A stretch of 64,000 nt of DNA from Porphyromonadaceae bacterium. Lineage in GTDB: Bacteria > Bacteroidota > Bacteroidia > Bacteroidales > Dysgonomonadaceae. The number at the start of each line of letters is the position of its first letter. The stretch's first letter is position 1. This document shows positions 9,371 to 19,754 of the stretch, in pieces. Under the pieces are notes generated by a model. It searched no databases, was not told the origin of the DNA, and worked only from the letters and a program-made list of their open reading frames with translations. The stretch covers positions 22,998 to 86,997 of the forward strand of contig JAJFTO010000009.1 in the NCBI GenBank assembly GCA_021372865.1. The letters are read 5' to 3'. The translations under genes were made by a program, and so were the position numbers.

Positions 9371-10630
9371 TCAGATATTCCGGACTTCCAATATCTCCCG
9401 GATATCGGTGGTGTATTTTCTGGAGAGATGCTGCTGATACATTTTAAATCTACGGGCATCCTGTGAAGCCAGACGGACGCCGGAGGAGGAGGGATTGGCG
9501 TTGATGGCGTCAAGGGTATCCATCAGCTTCTTGTGGCGGGGATTGGTATTCATTTCGGCGAAAAGGGAGGGCTGCAGCTGATTCTCATCGATAAAGTTAT
9601 ACAGGGTCACCCCGGCACGCTTATACCGAAGGCGGGGTTCGTAAATCTTTTTCAATCCCGCCACCGCAAAATCCACTATTTCCAGCGTGGAGGAAGTAGG
9701 GAAAGGAAGCCTTACTTCGATGCTGCGTGAGAGGGGTTCTTCCGTATCTTTGAAATAATTGGTCTGCACGAAGACCGACAGGCGACTGCACATCGACTGT
9801 TGTTTCCGTATTTTCACAGCAGCCATTACCGTAAACGTAACAACCCTTTCTTTGATCTCGTCCCATGTTTCATATTCTTTCTCGAAAGTGCGGGTCACCG
9901 AATAACTCTTGCTCTTCTCCCAATCGATGAAGTCGATGCAACCTATCCCGTTGAGCTCCTTCTGCAGGTTCACGCCGGTGATGGTCATATTTTTGCGTAC
10001 CCACGACTCGGGCATGTTTGCAAAATCGAGGGCTTTGGTTACCCCCGCCACCTGTAGTTTTGCGGCATTGCGGCGCCCTACTCCCCAGATATCTTCCACA
10101 GGTAGCCAGCGAAGCGCTTTCTGCCTTTTCTCCTCGGTGTCGATAATGTGGCAGCCGTCGGTCTGGGAGGGATATTTTTTCGCAATGCGGTTGGCCACCT
10201 TGGCCAACGCCTTGGTAGGGGCAATACCCACGCTGATGGGTATGCCCGTCCATCGAACCACCTGCTCCTTCATACGTAAGCCGTAGGCTCTCAGGTCCTG
10301 CATCCCCGAGAGGTCGAGAAAACATTCATCCACTGAATACACTTCCTGCAGGGGTGTATAGTCCGCGAGGATGCTCATCACCCGGCGGCTCATGTCGCCA
10401 TACAGGCTAAAGTTGGCCGAATAGACCGCTACATTGTGTCTTTTGAACAATGCTTCCGCCTGAAAAGCGGGTATACCCATCTGGATGCCGGCTTTCTTGG
10501 CTTCGTTGCTGCGCGCGATGACACACCCGTCGTTGTTGGAGAGAACCACCACGGGCCGCTTGTTGAGCGAGGGATTGAAAACCCTTTCACAGGAAGCGTA
10601 AAAATTATTGCAGTCTACCAGTGCAATCAT
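9371..10630 (-). CDS. umuC: Y-family DNA polymerase, UmuC-like
   Basis: [27 protein letters not shown]; ATG overlaps the umuD stop (TGATG) at 10628-10632. Confidence 0.92.
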   Translation of the reverse strand: MIALVDCNNFYASCERVFNPSLNKRPVVVLSNNDGCVIARSNEAKKAGIQMGIPAFQAEALFKRHNVAVYSANFSLYGDMSRRVMSILADYTPLQEVYSVDECFLDLSGMQDLRAYGLRMKEQVVRWTGIPISVGIAPTKALAKVANRIAKKYPSQTDGCHIIDTEEKRQKALRWLPVEDIWGVGRRNAAKLQVAGVTKALDFANMPESWVRKNMTITGVNLQKELNGIGCIDFIDWEKSKSYSVTRTFEKEYETWDEIKERVVTFTVMAAVKIRKQQSMCSRLSVFVQTNYFKDTEEPLSRSIEVRLPFPTSSTLEIVDFAVAGLKKIYEPRLRYKRAGVTLYNFIDENQLQPSLFAEMNTNPRHKKLMDTLDAINANPSSSGVRLASQDARRFKMYQQHLSRKYTTDIREILEVRNI

Positions 10631-11064
10631 CAGTGTTTGCGAATGGAGTAGATGACAATGCCCCATACAATCAGTGTATTCTCCGACGTGATCACGATGG
10701 GTTGAAAAGTAGGATTGGAGGGAACAAGCGTGCATACGCCGTTCTCCACATCGATTCGTTTCACAGTGAACTCACCGTCCATATAACAGAGTGCAATGCG
10801 GTTGTGCGACCACTCCTCGGCCCGGTCGACCACCAGCAGGTCACCATCGTTGAAATCACCTGCCATGGAGCTGCCGCGTACCCGCGCGTAGAAAGTAGCC
10901 TCAGGATGCCGGATAAGCAGCTTGTTGATATCAATGCGCTCGCTCACAAAATCATCTACATTCGAGAAGGGCCCTGCTGCCACGCCACCAGCAAGGGGGA
11001 CCTTCATCTCCGAAAGTTCCGGCTTGTAAATTTCCAGCTGTACAGATTTGATTACTTTCTTCAT
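10630..11064 (-). CDS. umuD: UmuD-like S24 peptidase
   Basis: Cleavage-site-like VAAG, Ser in RGSSM, Lys in FTVKR. Confidence 0.9.
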   Translation of the reverse strand: MKKVIKSVQLEIYKPELSEMKVPLAGGVAAGPFSNVDDFVSERIDINKLLIRHPEATFYARVRGSSMAGDFNDGDLLVVDRAEEWSHNRIALCYMDGEFTVKRIDVENGVCTLVPSNPTFQPIVITSENTLIVWGIVIYSIRKH

Positions 11065-11091
11065 CCGATAAATTTAATGAAAAGATTGTCT

Positions 11092-11622
11092 TTATCCGAC
11101 ACGTTCTACCATGGAGCTTTGCATCTCCACCATGGCACAACCGAGCTGAACGATGCGAATGGCGATGCCCGATTTACCGTCCACATTAATCAGTTCGCCC
11201 TCAAGGCCGGCAAGCGATCCCTTGATTACACGTACTTTCTCTCCCGGACGCAACGGCTGACTATCGAAGCGTACGGGCGAATCGGAGAAATCGACCATGA
11301 AACGAAACTGCTCCATCTGCACGGCAGGGATGACCGTGGGTACGTGCTCGCCACGAAGCACCATGTAACGCATCACCGACGGGAGAGTGATGACACTACG
11401 TTGTTCATCGTTATTCACATGCACGAAGATCATCATGGGGATAAGCACCCGCTCCACTTTTTTTTTGCGATCACTCCATATGCGCACCTCCTCCTGCACC
11501 GGCAGGAAGCATTCGATGCCCATTTCACCAAGCCGGTCGCGCACCTTCTTCTCGTGGTGCATCCTCACATAGGCCGCCAGCCACCGGCGACCATTCATCG
11601 CTTTTTCTTCGTCGTTCATCAT
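11092..11622 (-). CDS. upxY: UpxY-family (NusG/RfaH paralogue) transcription antiterminator
   Basis: NGN domain WLAAYVRMHHEKKV...WSDRKKKVERVLIPMMIFV and KOW motif PGEKVRVIKGSLAGLEG. Confidence 0.85.
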   Translation of the reverse strand: MMNDEEKAMNGRRWLAAYVRMHHEKKVRDRLGEMGIECFLPVQEEVRIWSDRKKKVERVLIPMMIFVHVNNDEQRSVITLPSVMRYMVLRGEHVPTVIPAVQMEQFRFMVDFSDSPVRFDSQPLRPGEKVRVIKGSLAGLEGELINVDGKSGIAIRIVQLGCAMVEMQSSMVERVG

Positions 11623-11635
11623 ACGGAACTCCTGT

Positions 11636-12517
11636 TCACTTTTCTATCATGCCGATATCACGCAACCAGGAGAGCACCCGGAAGGGCCATTCGTTGACCG
11701 TATGCCCGGTGTTACGCAGCCCGTAACCATGTCCGCCCGAGGGATAAATATGCAGCGCGGCAGGTACTCCCGCCTCTTTTAGTGCGTAATAATAGAAGAT
11801 ACTGCTGTCAATATAATTCTTATCATCCTGCGTCTGAATCAGGATGGTGGGCGGTGTATCCCGACCTACCTTGAGTTCAGGTGCAATGGAGAAGTTTTCA
11901 CCGGCGAGATATGCCGGATAGACCAGGATGGTAAAGTCGGGACGCAGGCTTACCTCGTCGTAAGAATCGACTTTCGGATAGGTACGCTCACCGTAGTTTG
12001 TACTGGCCACAGCCGACAGGTGTGCTCCGGCCGAAAAGCCCATCACGCCAATCCTGCCGGCATCAATTTGCCACTCAGCCGCATGAGCACGGGTATAGGC
12101 AATGGCGCGCTGGAGGTCCTGCAGCGGAGCCGCATGCTTCTCTCCCCCCTCACGGCGCGGGACACGATATTTCACCAGCACACAGTTGATGCCAAAGCTG
12201 TTGAAACGTTTACAAATCTCCGAACCTTCGAGGTTGTAAGCCAGAATGTTGTATCCTCCTCCGGGATTCACGATGATGGTAGCACCCTTGTTGTTACCGG
12301 CGGGAGCCGGGTAGAAAGTGAGCGTAGGCTCGCTCACATTACTGATGCGAAGCACAGGGCATCCGGCCACTTTGTTGCCACTCAGGTCATCTACCTGTTT
12401 CATCTTCCCCGTTTCACCCGGCGCACCGCCGGGAAATAAAAGTACCGGATTATGCTGTGCCATAAGGGCTATCGTCATTACTGAAAATAAAAAAAGTGAG
12501 AAAATTATTTGTTTCAT
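11636..12517 (-). CDS. Secreted alpha/beta hydrolase (xylanase/esterase-like)
   Basis: Signal peptide MKQIIFSL; PGGGY, GFSAG nucleophile elbow, GGHGYG. Confidence 0.85.
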   Translation of the reverse strand: MKQIIFSLFLFSVMTIALMAQHNPVLLFPGGAPGETGKMKQVDDLSGNKVAGCPVLRISNVSEPTLTFYPAPAGNNKGATIIVNPGGGYNILAYNLEGSEICKRFNSFGINCVLVKYRVPRREGGEKHAAPLQDLQRAIAYTRAHAAEWQIDAGRIGVMGFSAGAHLSAVASTNYGERTYPKVDSYDEVSLRPDFTILVYPAYLAGENFSIAPELKVGRDTPPTILIQTQDDKNYIDSSIFYYYALKEAGVPAALHIYPSGGHGYGLRNTGHTVNEWPFRVLSWLRDIGMIEK

Positions 12518-12545
12518 CGTCTTTTCATATGATTTCGTTTCAAGG

Positions 12546-12577
12546 CAAAAGTAAATGAAAAAAATCATATTCTCAAA
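12546..12577 (-). promoter_or_regulatory. Bacteroidetes sigma-A promoter for hydrolase-upxY-umuDC
   Basis: Minus strand TTTG-N20-TACTTTTG matches the TTTG-N19/21-TAnnTTTG consensus. Confidence 0.7.
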
Positions 12578-12813
12578 TTCCTGCTCTCTACTAATTGAAT
12601 TTACGGTAAAACAAGAACGAAACAGAATTCAAACAGAATCTTAGCAAATTATTCTTTGGCCGGTTTTCCCTTTTTCTGTTTATTTGCAATGAATAAAGAG
12701 GACGATCGATTATTCTACAGCAAATTAAAAAAACAAGTTGTAAATAAGTTAAGAAATTTGTTGGGAACGATGTGTTTCCGCTCTTTGTATCATTTAATTA
12801 AAATTTATCAAGC

Positions 12814-13848
12814 ATGAAGAAAGCAACCATTTTTTTACTCCTTATCCTTTTAATAATTTCATGCAAAAGAAATAAATCCGAAACCGATGCATTTACGGAT
12901 TTGACAAAACTCTACCATCAAAAAGTCTTTGATAACGAAGAATTGATATTTCGAAACGGAGAAATGCTGTATTTCAATATTGATAGCTCCCTGATAATCC
13001 AGAGTTTCAAAAGCGACTCCTTATTGATTAAGATAAATTTAAAGGATAAAAAAATATCACATTTTATTCCCTTTGGAAGCGGACCAAATGAATTTGTTGA
13101 TATTTACTTATCCCAGAAGATTTCTGACAGCACCCTGTTATTCATGGATAATAATTCCTCGCAACTTATTCAACTGAATATTATTACAGGAACAATTGAT
13201 CAAGATATTGCATATAACAACAGTAGATGTTTAAGAATGGTCAAATTAAATAATCATTATTTTTCAACCGGTATTTTTGAAGAGGGAATGTTTGGTATAT
13301 GGAATGATAGCAATTTCATGACTTACATGGGCGATTATCCTGAAGATAAAGTAGATAATAAAAATGAGGCCTCAAAGGGATTGGCATATCAGGGGAAATT
13401 ATTAGTTAATGAGGAATTTAATCGACTCTTTTTCTGTTCGTCGCTGTTTTCGTACTTTGAGTTATTTGAAATCAGCCCAAACATTACTACTATCAACTCA
13501 ATTAGAAAGAGTTATTTAGGAGAATATAATTATGCCCCTTCTGAGGATAAGAATATAGTATTTGCACGTCCATATAAGAGTAACAGAGAAGGCTATATAG
13601 ATGCTGTAGCAACTAATAATAGAATTTACTTACTTCATTCAGGAAGGTCCATTGAAGATTTTGGGATTAATAGCCGTGAGAAAACAAGATTAGCCAATCA
13701 GATTCTCGTATATGATTGGGATGGTACCCTCTTATCGAAATATGAGACTGATGTGGATCTAAAAAATATATGTATTAACAATACGGAAAATATCATTTAT
13801 GCCATAGCATATGACCCCGATCCCGAAATAGTATTTTTTGAACTTTGA
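12814..13848 (+). CDS. TolB-like 6-bladed beta-propeller lipoprotein (BF3164-like), AT-rich
   Basis: Lipobox IISC, FGSGPNEF, IYLLHSG, ILVYDWDG. Confidence 0.75.
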   Translation: MKKATIFLLLILLIISCKRNKSETDAFTDLTKLYHQKVFDNEELIFRNGEMLYFNIDSSLIIQSFKSDSLLIKINLKDKKISHFIPFGSGPNEFVDIYLSQKISDSTLLFMDNNSSQLIQLNIITGTIDQDIAYNNSRCLRMVKLNNHYFSTGIFEEGMFGIWNDSNFMTYMGDYPEDKVDNKNEASKGLAYQGKLLVNEEFNRLFFCSSLFSYFELFEISPNITTINSIRKSYLGEYNYAPSEDKNIVFARPYKSNREGYIDAVATNNRIYLLHSGRSIEDFGINSREKTRLANQILVYDWDGTLLSKYETDVDLKNICINNTENIIYAIAYDPDPEIVFFEL

Positions 13849-14045
13849 TAGTTTAAGATACAACTGGCTGAAATTATATATTCAGCAAGACATATCGAAT
13901 GGATACCCGAAATACCTGTTAACAAATTCATTTTATCCGACGGCAATGAGGCAAAAACGGTTGGTTGATGTTATCTTTGCACATCGTAATGGAAAGGAGC
14001 GTAGACGGATGATTGTTGCAACCTCCTTTTGGCGAAGTCTTAGAA

Positions 14046-15089
14046 ATGATAGAAAAACAAATGGAGCAAAAACAATATCTTCTCGGCATGACGTTGGCCG
14101 AAATTACCGAAAGCGTCGCAGCGCTGAACCTCCCCAAATTCACCGCCAAACAGATTGCCGACTGGATCTATCTGAAACGGGTAAAAAGTATCGATGAGAT
14201 GTCCAACATCTCACTGAAAAACAGAGAGATATTGGCAGAAAAATATGACATCGGCCGCTCGGAACCGCTCGACATAAAAACATCGGTCGACGGCACCCGC
14301 AAGATGCTTTTCAGAACAGCCGGCGGTAAATTCATCGAAACAGTCACCATCCCCGAAGAGGATCGTCTCACCATCTGCGTCTCTTCACAGGTGGGCTGCC
14401 GCATGAACTGCGACTTCTGCATGACCGGCAAGCAGGGGTTCCACGACAATCTCACCGCCACGGAAATACTAAACCAGGTCTATTCGGTACCCGACGCGGA
14501 ACAGATCACCAACCTGGTCTTCATGGGTATGGGGGAACCGCTCGACAACTACAAACAGGTAAAGAAAGCCTCGGAATTGTTGATGGCCGACTATGGCCTG
14601 GCCTGGAGTCCCAAGCGTATCACCCTCTCCTCCATCGGGCTCACCTCCAACCTGAAACGGTTCCTCGACGAAAGCAAATGCCACCTGGCCATCAGCCTGC
14701 ACAATCCCATCCCGGAACAACGGCTTGCCATCATGCCCATTGAGAAATCAGCACCCATTACCTCGGTCATTGAGATGCTGCACGATTACGACTGGAGCCA
14801 CCAGCGGCGACTCTCATTTGAATACATCATGTTCGACGGCGTGAACGACACCCTGCTCTATGCGCGTGAGCTGACCAAGCTGCTGGCAGGACTCGACTGC
14901 CGCATCAACCTCATCCGTTTCCATGTGATCCCGATGAGTAATCTGCGTCCCTCCACCAACGAGAACATGGTCAAGTTTCGTGACTTCCTTACCGCCAAGG
15001 GATTTATCAGCACCATCCGGGCATCGAGGGGAGAGGATATCTTCGCTGCCTGTGGCATGCTTTCCACTGCAAAAATCAGGGAAAAATAA
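14046..15089 (+). CDS. rlmN: 23S rRNA m2A2503 radical SAM methyltransferase RlmN
   Basis: CVSSQVGCRMNCDFCMTG, MGMGEPL, DIFAACGML; start 14046 or 14061. Confidence 0.95.
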   Translation: MIEKQMEQKQYLLGMTLAEITESVAALNLPKFTAKQIADWIYLKRVKSIDEMSNISLKNREILAEKYDIGRSEPLDIKTSVDGTRKMLFRTAGGKFIETVTIPEEDRLTICVSSQVGCRMNCDFCMTGKQGFHDNLTATEILNQVYSVPDAEQITNLVFMGMGEPLDNYKQVKKASELLMADYGLAWSPKRITLSSIGLTSNLKRFLDESKCHLAISLHNPIPEQRLAIMPIEKSAPITSVIEMLHDYDWSHQRRLSFEYIMFDGVNDTLLYARELTKLLAGLDCRINLIRFHVIPMSNLRPSTNENMVKFRDFLTAKGFISTIRASRGEDIFAACGMLSTAKIREK

Positions 15090-15274
15090 GTATTCTCAGT
15101 TGTTTTATTCCCCGTAGCTCCACAAAAGACTGAAATAAGAGCTGGTACTACAACCAACTTTTGGACAAATTAAGTGCGCCAGCATTTCATTTCCACGCAA
15201 ATAGTTGTATATTTGTTTTGTGAAAGCAACATGCTTCACCGTGGAATGAGTGATAATCCAAAAAAAACATCCGT

Positions 15275-16279
15275 ATGAAACGATTTACAGGTTTACTTGC
15301 GCTCGCCGCGACCATCGTCCTCTTCGTCTCCTGTGACGGTGGAGGCGGTTTCCTGTCCGCTTCAGGAACGAACAATGAAATGATGGTGCTGATGGACAAC
15401 ATCGCCTGGGAGGGTACACCGGGAAGGGCCTTATTCGACGTACTCAACTCAAACGTAAAAGCACTCCCTCAACCTGAACCCAATTTCACCATCCTGCAGA
15501 TTGAACCGGAGAATTTCAGCAGCACCTTCAAGATGGCGCGCAACATCATCATCCCCGACATATCCCCGATCTACAGCTATCCCAAACTCACTGCCGACAT
15601 CGACAAGTATGCCGTGGGACAGGTAATCATGAATATCAATGCCCCCGACACCGTTTCTTTTGTGAAATTCGTGACTGAAAACAGGGAAAGCATTATTAAT
15701 TATTTCGTTTCCAAAGAGTTGGAACGTACCGGCGAATGGCTGAAGAGGGATATCGCAGCTCCGCTGTCTCGTGCACAACAGGTGTTCGGCATCAATATTC
15801 ACGTACCCAAGGGAATCACCAACGTGACCGAGCACAAAGACTTTTACTGGGCGACTAACAACGCTTCCAGAGGACGACAGGATATTGTCATCTACCAGTT
15901 TCCCTACACCACAGAAAAGGTGTTCGAAAAAGATTCGCTTATTGCTATCCGCAACCGGGTACTCGGAAAATATATCAAGGGTTCGTTCGATTCGCAGATG
16001 ACAACCGCCACGCGCGTATATTCGCCCGATTACCGGACCATGGTAATGGACGGCACTTTCCGTGCAGAACTGCGCGGACTGTGGGAGATGTCGACCGACA
16101 TGATGGGAGGGCCTTTCGTGATGCATGCCTTTGTAAATGACAACACCGGTATGGTGGTCGTGGTGGAGGTATACGTCTACGCACCGGAGATGAACAAGCG
16201 AAACCTGATGCGCAACCTGGAAGCAACCCTCTACACCATCAGCCTCCCCAAACCGAAAGAAGCGATCATTGAAGGGTAG
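15275..16279 (+). CDS. DUF4837-family lipoprotein
   Basis: Lipobox FVSC; LPQPEPNF, ELRGLWEM, MGGPFV; position between rlmN and pdxA. Confidence 0.75.
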   Translation: MKRFTGLLALAATIVLFVSCDGGGGFLSASGTNNEMMVLMDNIAWEGTPGRALFDVLNSNVKALPQPEPNFTILQIEPENFSSTFKMARNIIIPDISPIYSYPKLTADIDKYAVGQVIMNINAPDTVSFVKFVTENRESIINYFVSKELERTGEWLKRDIAAPLSRAQQVFGINIHVPKGITNVTEHKDFYWATNNASRGRQDIVIYQFPYTTEKVFEKDSLIAIRNRVLGKYIKGSFDSQMTTATRVYSPDYRTMVMDGTFRAELRGLWEMSTDMMGGPFVMHAFVNDNTGMVVVVEVYVYAPEMNKRNLMRNLEATLYTISLPKPKEAIIEG

Positions 16280-16320
16280 CTCAGAAAAAACATATTGAAA
16301 AGAGAATAAAACAGATATAC

Positions 16321-17412
16321 ATGTCATCATTACTCAAAGTGGGCATCACACACGGCGATGTCAATGGAATCGGATATGAAGTGCTGCTGAAAGCATTTTC
16401 CGACGACCGTTTGCTCGAGTTATTCTGCCCCGTCATATACGGATCATCCAAATCGGCTTCTTATTATCGGAAAATGCTGGAGGGCGACCCGGTAAATTTT
16501 CATATCATTTCCAAAGTCGATGAATCGCAGAATGGAAAGATAAACCTTGTGAACTGTGTCAGGGATGAGATCAGAATTGAACCGGGTACGGCAAGTGCGG
16601 AAGCGGGCGAATCGGCCTATATTGCACTGGATCAGGCCACCGGTGATCTGGCAAACGGGAAGATCGACCTGCTGGTGACGCTCCCCATAAACAAGGATAG
16701 CATCCAGAATGAGAAGTTTCATTTCCCGGGACATACCGAATTTCTAGAGGACCGGTTCGCCACGAATGGCGAAAAGGCTTTGATGATCCTGGCCACGGAG
16801 GTTTTACGCGTGGCACTGGTCACCACGCATATGCCCATTGCGGAGGTTCCCGCCAAACTTTCCAAAGAACTGATCCTGGAGAAACTGTATACACTCGACC
16901 ACTCACTGAAGCGCGACTTCCTGCTGGAGAACCCCCGCATCGCCGTACTGGGACTCAACCCGCATGCTGGTGAAAACGGGTTGTTGGGCAAGGAGGAGAT
17001 CGATATCATTGCTCCGGCCGTGCAGGAGGCACAAGACAAATGGATTCTCTGCGCAGGGCCCTTCGCTGCCGACGGTTTCTTTGGATCGGGACGATTTAAG
17101 GAGTTTGATGCCATCCTGGCCATGTACCACGACCAGGGACTGATTCCATTCAAGACCCTTGCCATGGACGCCGGTGTCAACTTCACCGCCGGGCTGCCCA
17201 TTGTGCGCACCTCACCCGATCATGGCACGGCATACAATATTGCCGGCAAGAACCAGGCGTCGGATGAGTCGTTTCGCCAGGCCATCTACATGGGCATCGA
17301 CATCCTCAAGAACCGCCGCTTCTATGATGAGGCACGCCAAAACCCGCTGAAAAAGATGTTCTTCGACAGGGGCAAGGACGATGAGAAACTCGACCTAACC
17401 AAGGAAGAGTAA
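16321..17412 (+). CDS. pdxA: 4-hydroxythreonine-4-phosphate dehydrogenase
   Basis: GITHGDVNGIGYE, GHTE, NPHAGE, AMYHDQG, RTSPDHGTA. Confidence 0.95.
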   Translation: MSSLLKVGITHGDVNGIGYEVLLKAFSDDRLLELFCPVIYGSSKSASYYRKMLEGDPVNFHIISKVDESQNGKINLVNCVRDEIRIEPGTASAEAGESAYIALDQATGDLANGKIDLLVTLPINKDSIQNEKFHFPGHTEFLEDRFATNGEKALMILATEVLRVALVTTHMPIAEVPAKLSKELILEKLYTLDHSLKRDFLLENPRIAVLGLNPHAGENGLLGKEEIDIIAPAVQEAQDKWILCAGPFAADGFFGSGRFKEFDAILAMYHDQGLIPFKTLAMDAGVNFTAGLPIVRTSPDHGTAYNIAGKNQASDESFRQAIYMGIDILKNRRFYDEARQNPLKKMFFDRGKDDEKLDLTKEE

Positions 17413-17455
17413 ATGCGTTCACATTTTTCGTTGAAATATACCTCTCCTATCTGAC

Positions 17456-18516
17456 TTGATACTTATATCTCCCAATATAAATGGTAAATATTGCCCATTT
17501 ATATTGGGATTAACTCAAATTACTCATGCAGATGGATTTGCAAGTATTATTTCCGGTATGAGACGTTGTGGCAAAAGTACAGTACAATTGCAAATTCAAG
17601 CAAAATATTTCAAAGATAAAGGGCTATTTCTGCATTTTGAAGATCCACGTCTATCCAATATCGAATCATCCGATTTTGAACGGTTATATAATGAAATTCA
17701 GAAACGTAAAACCAAGATTCTTTTTTTCGATGAAATACAAATTGTGAAAGGTTGGGAGTTTTTTGTAAATCAACTCCTACGCGAGGATTTTCATCTGTTT
17801 ATTACCGGATCAAACGCAACCTTACTAAGCAAGGAATTAGGGACGCACCTCACTGGGAGACATTTTTCAAATGAACTATTCCCTTTTTCATACAAAGAGT
17901 ACTTGGATTATAAAAATCTGACACCGAACGAAAACTCATTCTCAAATTATTTACAAGAAGGGGGCATGCCCGATTTCTTACGCACAGGTGAAAAAAAATA
18001 TTTGAATGATTTATTAAATGATATACTAATACGAGACATATCCGTCCATCATGGGATAAGAGACGTAAATTCATTGCGTCAATTAGCGGTATATTTGTTG
18101 TCAAATATTGGGAATTTGGTTTCTGCAAATAGTTTATCAGGAATGTTTGGCATTAAGTCCGGGACTACCATCATGGATTATTTCTCATATCTGCAAGATG
18201 CTTATTTGGTTGATTTTGTACCCATGTTTGATTACTCTGTAAAAAAACAGATTAGAAATCCACAAAAAATATATGCTACAGATTTAGGTATTTATCATCA
18301 AAATAAAATAACATTTTCACCCAATGAGGGGTATTTATTGGAAAATGCAGTTTATTTGCATTTGAGAAGACAAGGTCATGAGATATATTACTTTAAAAAT
18401 AAAGGAGAATGCGATTTTATAACTACGCATAATGGTATACCTGAAAATCTTTTGTATTCAAAAAGAACAATAAAGCCATCCAACTTATTCCAGCTTGGGA
18501 ATGGATGAGCATATGA
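17456..18516 (+). pseudogene. AAA_14/DUF4143-type ATP-binding protein, degraded (no clear start, internal deletion plus frameshift near the 3' end)
   Basis: Walker A GMRRCGKST, Walker B FFDEIQ, TGSNA, ECDF; a family-like C-terminus FKKNNKAIQLIPAWEWMSI* lies in another frame at 18451-18516. Confidence 0.7.
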
Positions 18517-18543
18517 AAGATAGAAAAGTATTAAAGAACAAAT

Positions 18544-18575
18544 AAGGAGACAAAGGTAAAAACCTTTGTCTCCTT
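18544..18575. terminator. Probable bidirectional terminator between convergent genes
   Basis: Perfect 14-bp stem AAGGAGACAAAGGT-AAAA-ACCTTTGTCTCCTT. Confidence 0.8.
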
Positions 18576-18634
18576 TCTATTTAACCAAAAAGGCAAAAAA
18601 TTGAAGCCTTCCTCTGGATGATACCGGATTCCTA

Positions 18635-19681
18635 TCAGTTATTCTCCGGACGCAGTTTGCGTACGACGGCACCCGTTTGCCACATCTCGCTTTCACGAAG
18701 AGTTTTCAACTCTTCATCCAGTTTTTCGCGGTAGTCGGGCTGTGAGTTGCTGTCGATGGAACGCTGTGCTTCGTTACCGGCAGCCACCTCTTTGTACAGC
18801 TTTTCAAATACCGGCTTGCTGGCATCATGAAACGGCCCCATCCAATCCAGTGCACCACGTTGTGCGGTAGTCGAACAATTGGCGTACATCCAGTCCATTC
18901 CTCTCTCTGCAAAGAGCGGCATGAGCGACTGGGTAAGTTCTTCCACAGTTTCGTTAAAAGCTTCGGAAGGCGTGTGTCCGTTTTCACGGAGCACCTCATA
19001 CTGTGCCAACAACAGCCCCTGTATGGCGCCCATCAGTGTGCCGCGTTCGCCGGTAAGGTCTGAAAATACTTCGCGTTTGAAATCGGTTTCAAACAAGTAA
19101 CCCGATCCCACACCGATACCCAGTGCCACTACACGGTCGAAAGCCTTTCCTGTGGCATCCTGGAAGATGGCATAGGATGAGTTGAGGCCCCGGCCTTCGA
19201 GAAACATCTTCCGCAGCGAGGTACCCGAACCTTTCGGGGCAACCATGATTACATCCACATCGGCGGGAGGCACAATGCCAGTACGTTCTTTGTAGGTAAT
19301 TCCAAAACCGTGAGAGAAGTAAAGTGCCTTTCCTGCTGTCAGGTAAGGTTTAATGCGGGGCCATACTTCAATCTGCGCTGCATCGGAGAGCAGGTACTGA
19401 ATGATGGTAGCCCGTTTGCAGGCTTCCTCAATCTCAAACAATGTTTCACCGGGCACCCACCCGTCAGCCACAGCCTTGTCCCAGGTCTTACCACCCTTAC
19501 GTTGTCCTACAATCACATTGAAACCGTTGTCGCGCAAATTGAGCGACTGTCCGGGTCCCTGTACTCCGTAACCCAATACGGCGATTGTTTCATTCTTTAA
19601 CACCTCCTGAGCCTTGCTCAACGGAAATTCGTCGCGGGTAACTACGTTTTCTACTACCCCGCCAAAATTCATTTTTGCCAT
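18635..19681 (-). CDS. ilvC: Ketol-acid reductoisomerase
   Basis: GYGVQGPGQSLNLRD, VAPKGSG, SDLTGERG; start MAKMNF. Confidence 0.95.
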   Translation of the reverse strand: MAKMNFGGVVENVVTRDEFPLSKAQEVLKNETIAVLGYGVQGPGQSLNLRDNGFNVIVGQRKGGKTWDKAVADGWVPGETLFEIEEACKRATIIQYLLSDAAQIEVWPRIKPYLTAGKALYFSHGFGITYKERTGIVPPADVDVIMVAPKGSGTSLRKMFLEGRGLNSSYAIFQDATGKAFDRVVALGIGVGSGYLFETDFKREVFSDLTGERGTLMGAIQGLLLAQYEVLRENGHTPSEAFNETVEELTQSLMPLFAERGMDWMYANCSTTAQRGALDWMGPFHDASKPVFEKLYKEVAAGNEAQRSIDSNSQPDYREKLDEELKTLRESEMWQTGAVVRKLRPENN

Positions 19682-19754
19682 TTTTTTTAATTTTTTCCTC
19701 TCTTCCACCGGTAAAAGCGGCAAGATACGGTTTTGTTACTATTTTATATTGATG

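Noticed and set aside
10631-10735. N-terminal extension of umuC in the ORF track
   Set aside because: It overlaps umuD; the family start [10 protein letters not shown] at 10630 is coupled to the umuD stop.
9371-11064. umuDC as a marker of an ICE or prophage
   Set aside because: No integrase, transfer, phage genes or att-like repeats were seen nearby.
10621-11697. 358-aa plus-strand ORF
   Set aside because: Antisense shadow of umuD and upxY with no recognisable motifs.
12689-12817. 42-aa ORF overlapping the lipoprotein start (ATGA) as a secreted-peptide gene
   Set aside because: No hydrophobic signal or recognisable peptide motif; plausible by chance, though not excluded.
15449-16330. 293-aa minus-strand ORF
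   Set aside because: Antisense to the DUF4837-like lipoprotein with no motifs.
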